From NCBI GenBank assembly GCA_964345075.1, contig CAYFPS010000011.1, forward strand, positions 13,156 to 77,155: a stretch of 64,000 nucleotides of DNA, read 5' to 3'. Made by a program: the position numbers and the translations under genes. Shown in pieces: positions 1-9,279 of the stretch. Under the pieces are notes generated by a model. It made no database searches, was not told the DNA's origin, and was given only the letters and a program-made list of their open reading frames with translations. Each line of letters begins with the position of its first letter. Position 1 is the first letter of the stretch. Origin of the DNA: an uncultured Bacteroidaceae bacterium. GTDB lineage: Bacteria; CAIWAD01.

Positions 1-1316
1 TTCAGCTGACAGGCTCCAACATTGCCAATGTGAACACCGAGGGCTACTCGCGCCAGCGTCTGGATCTGGCCTCCCGTGCCGGGCAGCGGCTGGGCGGGAT
101 CGGTGCAGGTGTCGAGCCCGTGGCTGTCAGACGTCTGCGCATGGAGAGTTTCGATCGCAGCTTCCGTAGCGAGCAATCAGGGCTGGGCATGGCCAATATG
201 CGCGACCTGCATCTGGCTGGCCTTGAATCCGTGATGGGCGAACCCGGCAGCTCTGGTCTGGGTGATGCCCTAAATGCCTTCTGGACAGCCTGGAGCGATC
301 TTTCCAACGAACCCACCGAGTCTTCCTATCGCCAGACCGTGATCGAGGCGGGTCATCAGCTGGCGGGACGCTTTCACCAGTTGAATGGACAGATTGCCGC
401 CCAGCAGCAGGACATCAATAACGAAGTGGAACGCACCGGTTCCGAAATCAACCGTCTGGCCACTTCCATCGCTGACTTGAACCAAGCCATTCGACAGTCG
501 GAACTGGCCGGAGATTCGGCTGCGGATCTTCATGACCAGCGTGATCTGCTGGTGGATGAGCTTAGCATGCTGGTGGATCTGGATGCCGCCGAAGACGAGC
601 AGGGGACCTTTCGCGTCTGGGTAGGCGGACGGGCCCTGGTTGATGGCAACCATGTATCACAGGTTGAAACTTCTACAAGCACGGATGAAGCCGGCACTGT
701 GCGCACCGAACTTCTCTGGACCGATACCGGCAGTCTGCTGCGAACTCCTTCCGGTGAGCTGGCCGGCCTCTATGATGTGCGCGATCGCGTGCTGGCCGAG
801 CGACTTGTTCAGCTGGATGAGCTGGCTGATGCGCTTGTGAGACAAGTCAACGAACTGCACGCGGAAGGCTACGATCTGAATGGAAATTCGGGTGTGGCCT
901 TTTTCGATGCAGGTAGTGGTGGCGCCGCCGGGATCGCCGTGCGTGCGCTGCTATTGGAGGATCCCGACCGCCTGGCAGCCAGCGTGGATGGGGGAAGCGG
1001 CAATGGCGACCAGGCTGCCCGCATTGCCGAACTGGCCAGTCAGGGGCTGGATGCCTTAAGCGGGCATAGTCTTGAGGAAGCCTGGAGTCTGATGGTTAGT
1101 GCGACGGGTGCAGAACGCCGCAGTGCCAGTCTTGAATTTGAAGCGCAGCAGAGTTTCGTCAGCAACCTGGACAGCCGCCGGCAAGCCGTTAGCGGTGTGA
1201 ATCTGGATGAGGAACTGACTCTGATGATGAGTCAGGAACAGGCCTATGCCGCCGCTGCCCGAGTGGTTTCGGTGGCGGATGAACTGATGCAGACCGTGCT
1301 TGGACTCGTCAGCTAG
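1..1316 (+). CDS. flgK: Flagellar hook-associated protein 1 FlgK (5' end lies outside the window)
   Basis: The reading frame is open from base 3. Upstream of the GTG at 30 it reads QLTGSNIANVNTEGYSRQRL, the conserved FlgK N-terminal helix motif. The C-terminal region (..QEQAYAAAARVVSVADELMQTVLGLVS) is flagellar-rod/hook family-like. Confidence 0.85.
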   Translation, partial: QLTGSNIANVNTEGYSRQRLDLASRAGQRLGGIGAGVEPVAVRRLRMESFDRSFRSEQSGLGMANMRDLHLAGLESVMGEPGSSGLGDALNAFWTAWSDLSNEPTESSYRQTVIEAGHQLAGRFHQLNGQIAAQQQDINNEVERTGSEINRLATSIADLNQAIRQSELAGDSAADLHDQRDLLVDELSMLVDLDAAEDEQGTFRVWVGGRALVDGNHVSQVETSTSTDEAGTVRTELLWTDTGSLLRTPSGELAGLYDVRDRVLAERLVQLDELADALVRQVNELHAEGYDLNGNSGVAFFDAGSGGAAGIAVRALLLEDPDRLAASVDGGSGNGDQAARIAELASQGLDALSGHSLEEAWSLMVSATGAERRSASLEFEAQQSFVSNLDSRRQAVSGVNLDEELTLMMSQEQAYAAAARVVSVADELMQTVLGLVS

Positions 1317-1325
1317 GAGGCGATC

Positions 1326-2249
1326 ATGCGTGTTACAGATCAATCTCGCATCAATATGAGCCTGCTGAACATCGAGCGTCGCTCAAGAAGCTTCGCCGAT
1401 GCCCAGCGCCAGGTCAGCACCGGCTACCGTGTGCAGAAGGCTTCCGACGATCCGGCAGCCAGTGCGCGCATTGTGAAGTTGCGCGGTGCCATGGCCCGCA
1501 ATGTGCAGTTCCAGCGCAACATGGATACGGCTCGAATACGACTGGGTCACGCAGAGCTCAGTCTTTCCCGGGTCAGCGATCAGCTGGATGAAGTCCGCGC
1601 CTTTGCCGTACAGGCCGCAACGGATACTTACACGCCTGAGGACCGCATGCTGCTGGCCGATGAAATCGATCAGCTGCTGGAAAGCCTTGTTTCCGAAGGC
1701 AACCGGCGCTTTCTGGGGAACAGCCTTTACGCAGGCAGCCGCGTGGATGGCGATGCCTTCGCTGTAACACGAGATGATGCTGGTCAGATTGTTTCCGTAA
1801 TGCCCACGGTCAGTGGCGCTCCCGGCAGCATTAACATTCAGCTGGATGAAAATGAAAGCGTCGAAGTTTCCTTTGCTGGCCGGGATGTCTTTCAGGGTGG
1901 CGAGCCGGGCGGGGATGAAGATCTCTTTCGTGTGCTGATCGACCTGCGGGACGGACTGGCCGCAGGCAGTTCGGAAGCACCGGAAGTGGCGCTTGAATAC
2001 ATCGATGCCGCCATTTCAAACGTGAACAGTGCTCGAGCTGCTCTTGGTACCCGTATGAACCGTGTGGAGCAGGTAGAAATCCAGCTCTTTGCCCGGGAAG
2101 AGACCCTTACCGAGAACCTCTCCGTGGAAGAGGATGCGGATCTGGCCGAAGCGGTGATGAAGCTCAACCTCGAGCAGGTTGGCTATCAGGCGGCCCTGCA
2201 GTCTGTAACACAGCTGATGAGTACCAACCTGCTGCAGTTCCTGAGCTGA
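1326..2249 (+). CDS. flgL: Flagellar hook-associated protein 3 FlgL (flagellin-like)
   Basis: 307 aa. Flagellin-type N- and C-terminal helices (TGYRVQKASDDPAASARIVKLR ... LSVEEDADLAEAVMKLNLEQVGYQAALQSVTQL). Immediately follows flgK with an RBS-like GGAGG before the ATG. Confidence 0.8.
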   Translation: MRVTDQSRINMSLLNIERRSRSFADAQRQVSTGYRVQKASDDPAASARIVKLRGAMARNVQFQRNMDTARIRLGHAELSLSRVSDQLDEVRAFAVQAATDTYTPEDRMLLADEIDQLLESLVSEGNRRFLGNSLYAGSRVDGDAFAVTRDDAGQIVSVMPTVSGAPGSINIQLDENESVEVSFAGRDVFQGGEPGGDEDLFRVLIDLRDGLAAGSSEAPEVALEYIDAAISNVNSARAALGTRMNRVEQVEIQLFAREETLTENLSVEEDADLAEAVMKLNLEQVGYQAALQSVTQLMSTNLLQFLS

Positions 2250-5200
2250 TCATTCCACCGAGAAGTATTTGGCTTCTGGATGATGTACCACAATGGCGGA
2301 CGTGCTCTGTTCAGGCTCGATCTGCCATTCTTCACTCAGGCTGCAACCAATGCGTGATACATTCAGCATCTCGGCCAATACGCGCTGATCTTCCAGATGT
2401 GGACAGGCCGGATAACCAAAACTGTAGCGGCTGCCCCGGTAGCCTTGCCTGAGGATCCGGTGCAGGTCGGTGGCATCCTGATCGGCAATGCCCAGATCCT
2501 CACGCATCAGGCGATGGGTGTATTCCGCCAAGGCCTCGGCCGTTTCCACACCCAGTCCATGAACATAGAGGTACTGGCTGTAGGCATCCTGAGACAGCCG
2601 GCGCTGCGCTTCCAGCGTGGCCTGCTGCCCGACGGTCACCCACTGAACACCCAGAACATCAAAGTCTGCTTCATCAACAGATCGAAAGAAGTCGCTGATT
2701 GAGCGCCACGGTGCGTCCAGCTGGCGGGGGAAGTCCAGATGCCACTTCGGTTCTGCGGCATCAGGGCTTTCCCAGATCCAGAGGCGGCGTCCCTCTGACT
2801 TTACAGGATACCAGCCACGTATCACAGCCGGCTTCAGCCAGCCCTTTTCTTCCGCTTCCTGCTTGAGTTCGCTTAAGAGCGGCATGATCGTTTCCTCTTC
2901 GACCTTTCGCCAGGCGGCCTCATCCATTCGGCCACGCTTGAAGCCCCACTCGCCTCTGACAAGGGTCTGCAGATTCAGCCAGGGCCAGATCTTGTTCAGG
3001 GATGGATGCTCCACGCGGTTGCCCCAGAAGGGAGGCCTTAGCAGGCCAGCAGGCTCTGGCAAGCTGTCACCCGGGGCTTTGTCCTTAAGAGGATCCGTGC
3101 TGCTTGTCACACGAACAGGCTCAGTCGCCTGCTCTGTTGTTTGCAGCTCGGCGGGTGCTTGTTCGTCCATCGTGCGTGCAGGTGCAGCTTCGCCGGAGCG
3201 AATAGCCGCCAGCAGACTCAAACCCTCAAAGGCATCACGGGCATAGTAGACATCACCGTGATACAGGTCGCGCAGTTCTCCTTCCACAAAGCGACGATTC
3301 AGCGCCGCACCGCCCAGAATGACGGGCAGCTTGATGTCTTCCGCATTGAAGACATCGAGATTCTCGCGCATCACGAGCGTGGACTTGACCAGCAGGCCAC
3401 TCAGTCCAAGGGCGTGGGGCTTATGCTCGCGAATGCCTTCGATCAGTTTTTCGACCGGCACCTTGATGCCCAGATCGATGACTTCATAGCCATTGTTCCT
3501 GAGCAGAATGGCCACAAGGTTTTTACCGATGTCGTGGACATCACCCCGGACGGTTGCCAGCAGCAGACGGCCGCGGTTCTGCCATTCACCCGAGCTGGCT
3601 TTCTTGATTTCCGGCTCCAGCACACCAACCGCGCGCTTCATGGTTTCGGCGCTCTTCAGAACAAAGGGCAGCTGCAACTTGCCTGCACCAAAAAGATCCC
3701 CCACCTCGCGCATGCCTTCCAGCAGGAACTGATTGATGATTTCGAAGGGGCCACATTCGCTCAAGGCTTCAGCCAGATCGCCCTCAATCCCCGGCGTGCG
3801 GCCCTTGATGATGCGCTGCCTTAAGCGCTCGCCCACGGGCAGCTTTTCAGCCTCGCGCTGTAAGGCGTCTTCACTTGGGCCCTTTGGCATACCGCGCCGT
3901 AACAGAGCAGCCAGCGGATCGCCTTCATCATGATTGCCGGCAATCAGTCTTTCACAGAGCTGGCGCAGTTCTGGATCGATCTCCGAGGGATGCAGAATGC
4001 GTCCGGCATGCAGAATGGCCGCATCGAGGCCGTGTTGCAGGGCCTTGTCCAGAAAGACCGAGTTGAGCACACGCCTGAGTGCCGGTTTAAGTCCGAAGCT
4101 CACATTGCTTAAGCCCAGCATGGTGCGGGCGCCGGGCAGCTCCTGCTTGATGCGTTCAATTGCCTCAAGCGTGTGACAAGCACTGTGCCGGTACTGTGTA
4201 TCACCGGATCCCAGTGTGAATGTCAGGGGGTCGATCAGCATGTCTGAAGGCTTAAGGCCGTACTCGGCAGCAAGATTGACCAGACGATGCGCCACGGCCA
4301 GTTTGCGCTCGACCGAAAGCGCCATGCCTTCTTCGTCGATGCAAAGCGCCACAACCGCGGCACCGTGCTCGCAGCAGAGTTCAAGCAGTTCGCGGGCGCG
4401 CGCTTCGCCGTCTTCCAGATTGATCGAGTTGACAATGGCTCGCCCGCCCAGCAGCTCCAGCGCGATGCGAACCGTTTCCGGATCTGTGGAATCGATCATC
4501 AGGGGCAGGGTGCACTCGCTGCGCAGCCGCTGCAGGTAGGCCTGCATGTCTGCCTTTTCGTCCCGTGATACAGCTGCCACGCAGACATCCAGTACGTGGG
4601 CGCCCTCGCCTTCCTGACTGCGGGCGATTTCAATCAGCTCATCCCAGTTTTCTTCTTCCAAAGCCTTGCGGAACGCACGACTGCCATTGGCATTGGTGCG
4701 TTCGCCAATCAGGAGCGGGCCGGGCTTTTGCTCCAGCGGCGTTGCGTGATACAGGCCGCTGACTGCGTCCTCGGTCTGGGGGCTGCGCCGGGCTGGCTGT
4801 GTGCCACGCTTGCTCAGTTCACGGCAAAGGGCCTCCAGATGAGCTGGCCGTGTGCCACAGCAGCCACCAAGTACTCGTACACCCAGATCCTTGACGAAGC
4901 GCAGCTGCCAGCGGGCGAACTCTTCCGGCTCCAGATCATAGATCATGCGGCCGCCTTCGGTCCTGGGGAGGCCAGCATTGGGCTGAACGCTAATCGGGAA
5001 GGGGCTTCTTCGGGCCAGCACCTGTAGATGTGGCAGCATGGCATCCGGCCCGGTGGCACAGTTGAGGCCGAAGAAAGCGGGCTTTTGACCGGCAAGGGCG
5101 GCCAGAGCAGCCTGCACTTCAGTTCCCAGCAACATTGTACCGGAACTTTCCACCGTCACCTGAATCGCAATCGGCAGGCGGCTCCCCAGTTCTTCCTGTA

Positions 5201-5708
5201 CTTCCGCACAGGCCCTGGCTGCGGCCCGGACCTGCAATGGATCCTGACAGGTTTCAATCAGCAGAAGATCAGCACCGCCGCGAATCAGGCCGCGGGCGAG
5301 GGGTTTGTAAGAGGCCTTCAGCTCCTGATAGGGAATGTGGCCCAGACTGGGCAGGCGGGTTCCCGGACCCATGCTGCCTGCGACAAAGCGGCCGGGCTTT
5401 TCATCGGCAACCTTGCGTGAAATTGCTGCCGCGCTTGCCGCCAACTCTTCAGCCATATGCCCGACACCAAACTCATCCAGCACCACAGGAAAAGCGCCGA
5501 AGCTGTTGGTTTCCACAATGCGGCAGCCCGCATCAAAATAGGCGCGATGCAGGTCTGCAATCAGTTCCGGACGCGTCAGACAGAGCCATTCATTCAGGCC
5601 TTCGTGGCCCTCAAAATCGTCCACGCCTGGAGCGGCCTGCTGAATGCCCGTACCCATTGCACCATCAAAGAGAAGCACGTCATGCTGAATCAGGTCATGG
5701 AGCTGCAT
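2250..5708 (-). CDS. metH: Cobalamin-dependent methionine synthase MetH
   Basis: 1152 aa with the expected domain order: Hcy-binding, pterin-binding, B12-binding (DVHDIGKNLV, Rossmann) and C-terminal AdoMet-activation domain. Its stop abuts the flgL stop (2249/2250). Confidence 0.9.
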   Translation of the reverse strand: MQLHDLIQHDVLLFDGAMGTGIQQAAPGVDDFEGHEGLNEWLCLTRPELIADLHRAYFDAGCRIVETNSFGAFPVVLDEFGVGHMAEELAASAAAISRKVADEKPGRFVAGSMGPGTRLPSLGHIPYQELKASYKPLARGLIRGGADLLLIETCQDPLQVRAAARACAEVQEELGSRLPIAIQVTVESSGTMLLGTEVQAALAALAGQKPAFFGLNCATGPDAMLPHLQVLARRSPFPISVQPNAGLPRTEGGRMIYDLEPEEFARWQLRFVKDLGVRVLGGCCGTRPAHLEALCRELSKRGTQPARRSPQTEDAVSGLYHATPLEQKPGPLLIGERTNANGSRAFRKALEEENWDELIEIARSQEGEGAHVLDVCVAAVSRDEKADMQAYLQRLRSECTLPLMIDSTDPETVRIALELLGGRAIVNSINLEDGEARARELLELCCEHGAAVVALCIDEEGMALSVERKLAVAHRLVNLAAEYGLKPSDMLIDPLTFTLGSGDTQYRHSACHTLEAIERIKQELPGARTMLGLSNVSFGLKPALRRVLNSVFLDKALQHGLDAAILHAGRILHPSEIDPELRQLCERLIAGNHDEGDPLAALLRRGMPKGPSEDALQREAEKLPVGERLRQRIIKGRTPGIEGDLAEALSECGPFEIINQFLLEGMREVGDLFGAGKLQLPFVLKSAETMKRAVGVLEPEIKKASSGEWQNRGRLLLATVRGDVHDIGKNLVAILLRNNGYEVIDLGIKVPVEKLIEGIREHKPHALGLSGLLVKSTLVMRENLDVFNAEDIKLPVILGGAALNRRFVEGELRDLYHGDVYYARDAFEGLSLLAAIRSGEAAPARTMDEQAPAELQTTEQATEPVRVTSSTDPLKDKAPGDSLPEPAGLLRPPFWGNRVEHPSLNKIWPWLNLQTLVRGEWGFKRGRMDEAAWRKVEEETIMPLLSELKQEAEEKGWLKPAVIRGWYPVKSEGRRLWIWESPDAAEPKWHLDFPRQLDAPWRSISDFFRSVDEADFDVLGVQWVTVGQQATLEAQRRLSQDAYSQYLYVHGLGVETAEALAEYTHRLMREDLGIADQDATDLHRILRQGYRGSRYSFGYPACPHLEDQRVLAEMLNVSRIGCSLSEEWQIEPEQSTSAIVVHHPEAKYFSVE

Positions 5709-5808
5709 GGATTTCCTTTCCCCCGCTGCGGCTGCTCTACATTCGGCGAGAGCTTCCCATATTAACGCATTCCCGCTTGAAGAAGCTCAGATTGCCGAAA
5801 GGAAAGAC

Positions 5809-6756
5809 ATGCTGGTACCTGAACTGATTGCCGGGCGCAAGAAGCCGCTTTTCAGTTTTGAACTGATTCCGCCCAGACGCGGTGGCGGAATGGGTCACGT
5901 GCATGCAGTGATTGAAGCGCTCAAGCCTTTCGACCCTGCCTGGGTGGACGTTACAAATCACGCCGCAGACAGCTGGTTTGAAGAGCGTGAAGACGGTAGC
6001 TGGCACCGGCACATTCTGCGCAAACGTCCCGGCACGCTTGGCTTGTGCGCTGCGATCAAATACCGTTATGGCATCGAAACAGTACCGCACCTGCTCTGCG
6101 TGGGCTTCACCAGAGAAGAGACGGAAGATGCGCTGATTGAGCTCTCCTACCTGGAAATCCACAATGTGCTTGTGATACGCGGTGACCAGACCGACTGGAA
6201 GGATCTGCGTCCGGGCACGCGCAATGAATACGCGCTGGATCTGGTGAACCAGGTTCGCGCCATGAATGAAGGGCGCTTTCTGCATGACATGGCCGAGCGC
6301 AGCCCGACACACTTCAGCGTTGGAGTGGCTGGCTACCCGGAGAAGCACATTGAGGCGCCCAATCTGCAGTACGACCTGAACTGGCTCAAGGCGAAGGTGG
6401 ATGCCGGTGCTGACTGGGTTGTAACACAGATGTGTTTCACAGCTGAAACCTGGCTGGCCTATGAGCGGCGTTGCCGGGAAGCCGATATTCACATTCCGAT
6501 CATCCCCGGGATCAAGCTGCTCAGTCGCCAGCATCAGCTGGCCAGCCTGCCGCGCCACTTTCAGGTGGATCTGCCCGAAGAGCTGGTCTCGGAGTTCATG
6601 GCGGCCAAAACGCGGGAGGCTCGCGAAGAGGTGGGCATTCGTCACGCGGTTGAAGAGTGTCGCAAGCTGCTGGAAGGTGGCGCGCCGGGCTTGCACTTCT
6701 TTGTAACACAGGATGCGGAGCTGGTTGCCAAGGTGATGAAGCGGGTGGGGGTCTGA
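5809..6756 (+). CDS. metF: 5,10-methylenetetrahydrofolate reductase MetF
   Basis: FSFELIPPRRGGG N-terminus. ATG at 5809 preceded by AAAGGAAAG. The track ORF from 5707 is a 5' extension overlapping metH. Confidence 0.8.
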   Translation: MLVPELIAGRKKPLFSFELIPPRRGGGMGHVHAVIEALKPFDPAWVDVTNHAADSWFEEREDGSWHRHILRKRPGTLGLCAAIKYRYGIETVPHLLCVGFTREETEDALIELSYLEIHNVLVIRGDQTDWKDLRPGTRNEYALDLVNQVRAMNEGRFLHDMAERSPTHFSVGVAGYPEKHIEAPNLQYDLNWLKAKVDAGADWVVTQMCFTAETWLAYERRCREADIHIPIIPGIKLLSRQHQLASLPRHFQVDLPEELVSEFMAAKTREAREEVGIRHAVEECRKLLEGGAPGLHFFVTQDAELVAKVMKRVGV

Positions 6757-7029
6757 GGGCTGTCTGTTCGTGTAACTGAATAGCTGCGCCCACCCACTAA
6801 CCCCCCGCCCACCCCTCAAGGGTTTTCCGGGGGCCCGTCTTTCAAACGGCAAAGTGTATTTCAGGTTCCCGCGTCAAATCGGCTTATCCACGGCTTTTTT
6901 CGCGCAGTGTCCAGATTGCCTGACCTTGCCGAGACATTTCCAACCGCGCCGATTTCCTATCTTCAGCGGGTGAAACGAGTCACTTCGCCCCGTCAATGAC
7001 GGAGACCCAAGCCTGTGGAAAGGGAAATC

Positions 7030-7719
7030 ATGAAGCAGATACTGCTCGGCCTGCTGCTGGCCAGCGCAATCAGCGCTTCCGCCGCCTATCAGGGAAGCGT
7101 CAAGGAAACCATGAACAGCGGTGGCTACACCTATGTTCTGCTTGAGACGGCCGAGGGGGACCTCTGGTTCGCCGGTCCCGAGGCCAGCGTCAGCGTAGGC
7201 CAGACATTGACTGTGGAGCAGGCGATACCGATGCAGAACTTCACGGCACGCAGCCTCGATCGCACCTTCGACACCATCTATTTTGCAGGCGCTCTGGGTG
7301 CCGCGCCCGCTCCTGCAGCCAGTTCCAGCGATCCCCATGCCAACGTGCCGGGCTACAAGTCCGCCATGGCCGGCAAGGCCAATCGCCCCGAGGCCGGATC
7401 CATCGAGAAGGCCGATTACACGGTCAGCGAGCTCTTCTTTCAGCCCCGTCTTCTGGCTGGCAAGGAAGTTTCCGTGCGCGGTCAGGTGACCAAGTACAAC
7501 AGCGGCATTCTCGGTTCCAACTGGATTCATCTGGTTGATGGAACGGGCGAAGCCGGCAAGGACGATCTGGTCGTCACCACCAGCGGTGAGTGCAGTGTGG
7601 GCGACATCATCGTGGCCAAGGGCACGCTGGCCGTTGACAAGGATCTTGGCAGTGGCTACTTCTTCCCGGTGATCCTGGAGCAGGCGGCCCTTACCGTGGA
7701 GCAGAAGAAGGCGAAGTAA
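7030..7719 (+). CDS. Hypothetical secreted protein with two tandem OB-fold-like repeats
   Basis: Signal peptide MKQILLGLLLASAISASAAYQ. Two similar ~90-aa halves; no catalytic motif recognised. Confidence 0.55.
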   Translation: MKQILLGLLLASAISASAAYQGSVKETMNSGGYTYVLLETAEGDLWFAGPEASVSVGQTLTVEQAIPMQNFTARSLDRTFDTIYFAGALGAAPAPAASSSDPHANVPGYKSAMAGKANRPEAGSIEKADYTVSELFFQPRLLAGKEVSVRGQVTKYNSGILGSNWIHLVDGTGEAGKDDLVVTTSGECSVGDIIVAKGTLAVDKDLGSGYFFPVILEQAALTVEQKKAK

Positions 7720-8322
7720 ATGGCCGGAATCGGCAATTTTGCCCGTTACCGTATCGCATTCAGCCGGCTGGTGGCCCTCGGGCTGCTGGCCGCGCTGCTT
7801 TTCAGCGATCTCCCCGTCTGGCAGCATCCACTTGTAACACGCGTCCTCTACTGGGCGGGCTTCGTCTTGATGATGGTCTGCGCGCTGGGCCGACTCTGGA
7901 GTCTGCAGTATTTAAGCGGATACAAGACACGGACGATTGTCGAGTCCGGACCTTTCAGTGTTGTGCGCAATCCGCTCTATCTGTTCTCCTTTCTGGGAGC
8001 GCTCGGAGCAGCGCTGGTGGCCAATCACCTTGTGCTGCTGCTCGTGCTCGTAGTCGCCTACATCGCCTACTATCCTTTTGTGGTGGTGAGCGAAGAACGC
8101 GGTCTGGAGCGCGAACTGGGCGAAGCCTACATGGCGTACAAGGCGCGGGTACCCCGCTTTCTGCCGAAGTTCTCCTTGTATCTCAATCCTGATGAATACA
8201 CCATTCTCAGCCGCAAGTTCACGCAGGCCTATCTGGATGCCATCTGGTTTCCACTGGCTTTCATGCTGCTGACACTGCTGCTTGAGCTTAAGGCAAGCGG
8301 CGTTTTGCCACTGGGCTCATGA
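7720..8322 (+). CDS. Isoprenylcysteine carboxyl methyltransferase (ICMT/PEMT) family membrane protein
   Basis: Multi-TM protein with the C-terminal motif VRNPLYLFSFLGALGAALV..EERGLERELGEAYMAYKARVPRF, typical of the ICMT family. Confidence 0.6.
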   Translation: MAGIGNFARYRIAFSRLVALGLLAALLFSDLPVWQHPLVTRVLYWAGFVLMMVCALGRLWSLQYLSGYKTRTIVESGPFSVVRNPLYLFSFLGALGAALVANHLVLLLVLVVAYIAYYPFVVVSEERGLERELGEAYMAYKARVPRFLPKFSLYLNPDEYTILSRKFTQAYLDAIWFPLAFMLLTLLLELKASGVLPLGS

Positions 8323-8975
8323 TTAGTCAGCTGATCATTGTTCTGCCGGTCCTGCTCTTCAGCGTGATCGTACACGAGGTGGCGCACGGCTGGGCGGCGC
8401 TGAAACTGGGTGATCCCACCGCCGCACGCGAAGGCCGTCTGACGCTGGATCCGCGCCCGCATATCGACCCCGTGATGAGTCTGCTGGTTCCGGCCATGTG
8501 CCTGCTCTCCGGCGCGCCCATTTTCGGCGGCGCCCGTCCCGTGCCCGTTAATCCCTGGTATTTTCGCCATCCCAGTCGCGACATGGCTCTGGTGGCGGCT
8601 GCCGGCCCTGTCTCCAACATTCTGCTGGCCCTGATTGCCGGTATGCTGATCAATCTCGTGCTGCCCTTGCCCGATCTCAACTGGAGTTTCCAAGCCTACC
8701 TGACACTGGTCATGTCTTCAGGTGTTGTGGGCAACATTCTGGCTTATGCCGTGATGATCAACCTGGTGCTGGCGGCCTTCAACTTTCTGCCGATTCCGCC
8801 ACTGGATGGAAGCCGGGTTGTGGCACATTTCCTGCCTGAAGATCTCTCACAGCGCTATCGCGAACTGGATCGCTTCGGCATCCTGATTGTCTTTGGCGTG
8901 ATCTTTTTCTTTGGCGGTGTCCTGCACGCGTACATCGGCTGGTTTCTGCGTGTGGTCGGCTCACTGGTCCTGTGA
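8319..8975 (+). CDS. Site-2 protease family (M50) zinc metalloprotease
   Basis: HEVAHGWAA (HExxH) in TM1 and a later NFLPIPPLDG motif. Polytopic membrane protein. Confidence 0.75.
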   Translation: MISQLIIVLPVLLFSVIVHEVAHGWAALKLGDPTAAREGRLTLDPRPHIDPVMSLLVPAMCLLSGAPIFGGARPVPVNPWYFRHPSRDMALVAAAGPVSNILLALIAGMLINLVLPLPDLNWSFQAYLTLVMSSGVVGNILAYAVMINLVLAAFNFLPIPPLDGSRVVAHFLPEDLSQRYRELDRFGILIVFGVIFFFGGVLHAYIGWFLRVVGSLVL

Positions 8976-8982
8976 GGGCAGC

Positions 8983-9279
8983 ATGCTGGGCTTTCGCAAA
9001 CCACCACGCCGCGAATTCAATTACACACCCTTCTACCTGAAGGAGCCCGAGAAAGACCTGAAGGAGCGCCTGCGCATTCCGCGAGAGGATGACTACTTCA
9101 GAAAGCGCCGCAGCACCTTGAACTGGGTGATTCTGCTGGTGCTTATTCTGGGACTTTTCGAGTTCCTCTTTCCGGGAATTGTGAGACAATGGTTTCAACC
9201 GAATGTGACCATCGAGATGCACGAAAGCATTGAGCGCCTGCGACCGGAGCAGGGTGAAGCGAGGAAGGATCGTCCATGA
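8983..9279 (+). CDS. Hypothetical small protein with one TM helix
   Basis: ATG at 8983 just after the M50 gene. Basic N-terminus and one hydrophobic helix (WVILLVLILGLFEFLF). Overlaps the mutL start by 4 nt. Confidence 0.4.
   Translation: MLGFRKPPRREFNYTPFYLKEPEKDLKERLRIPREDDYFRKRRSTLNWVILLVLILGLFEFLFPGIVRQWFQPNVTIEMHESIERLRPEQGEARKDRP

Noticed and set aside
5737-6852. 371-aa minus-strand ORF
   Set aside because: Antisense to metF.
6874-7827. 317-aa minus-strand ORF
   Set aside because: Overlaps the + strand secreted-protein gene and the ICMT-family gene. Gly/Leu/Ala-rich with no motifs. The + strand ORFs have a signal peptide, TM helices and family motifs.
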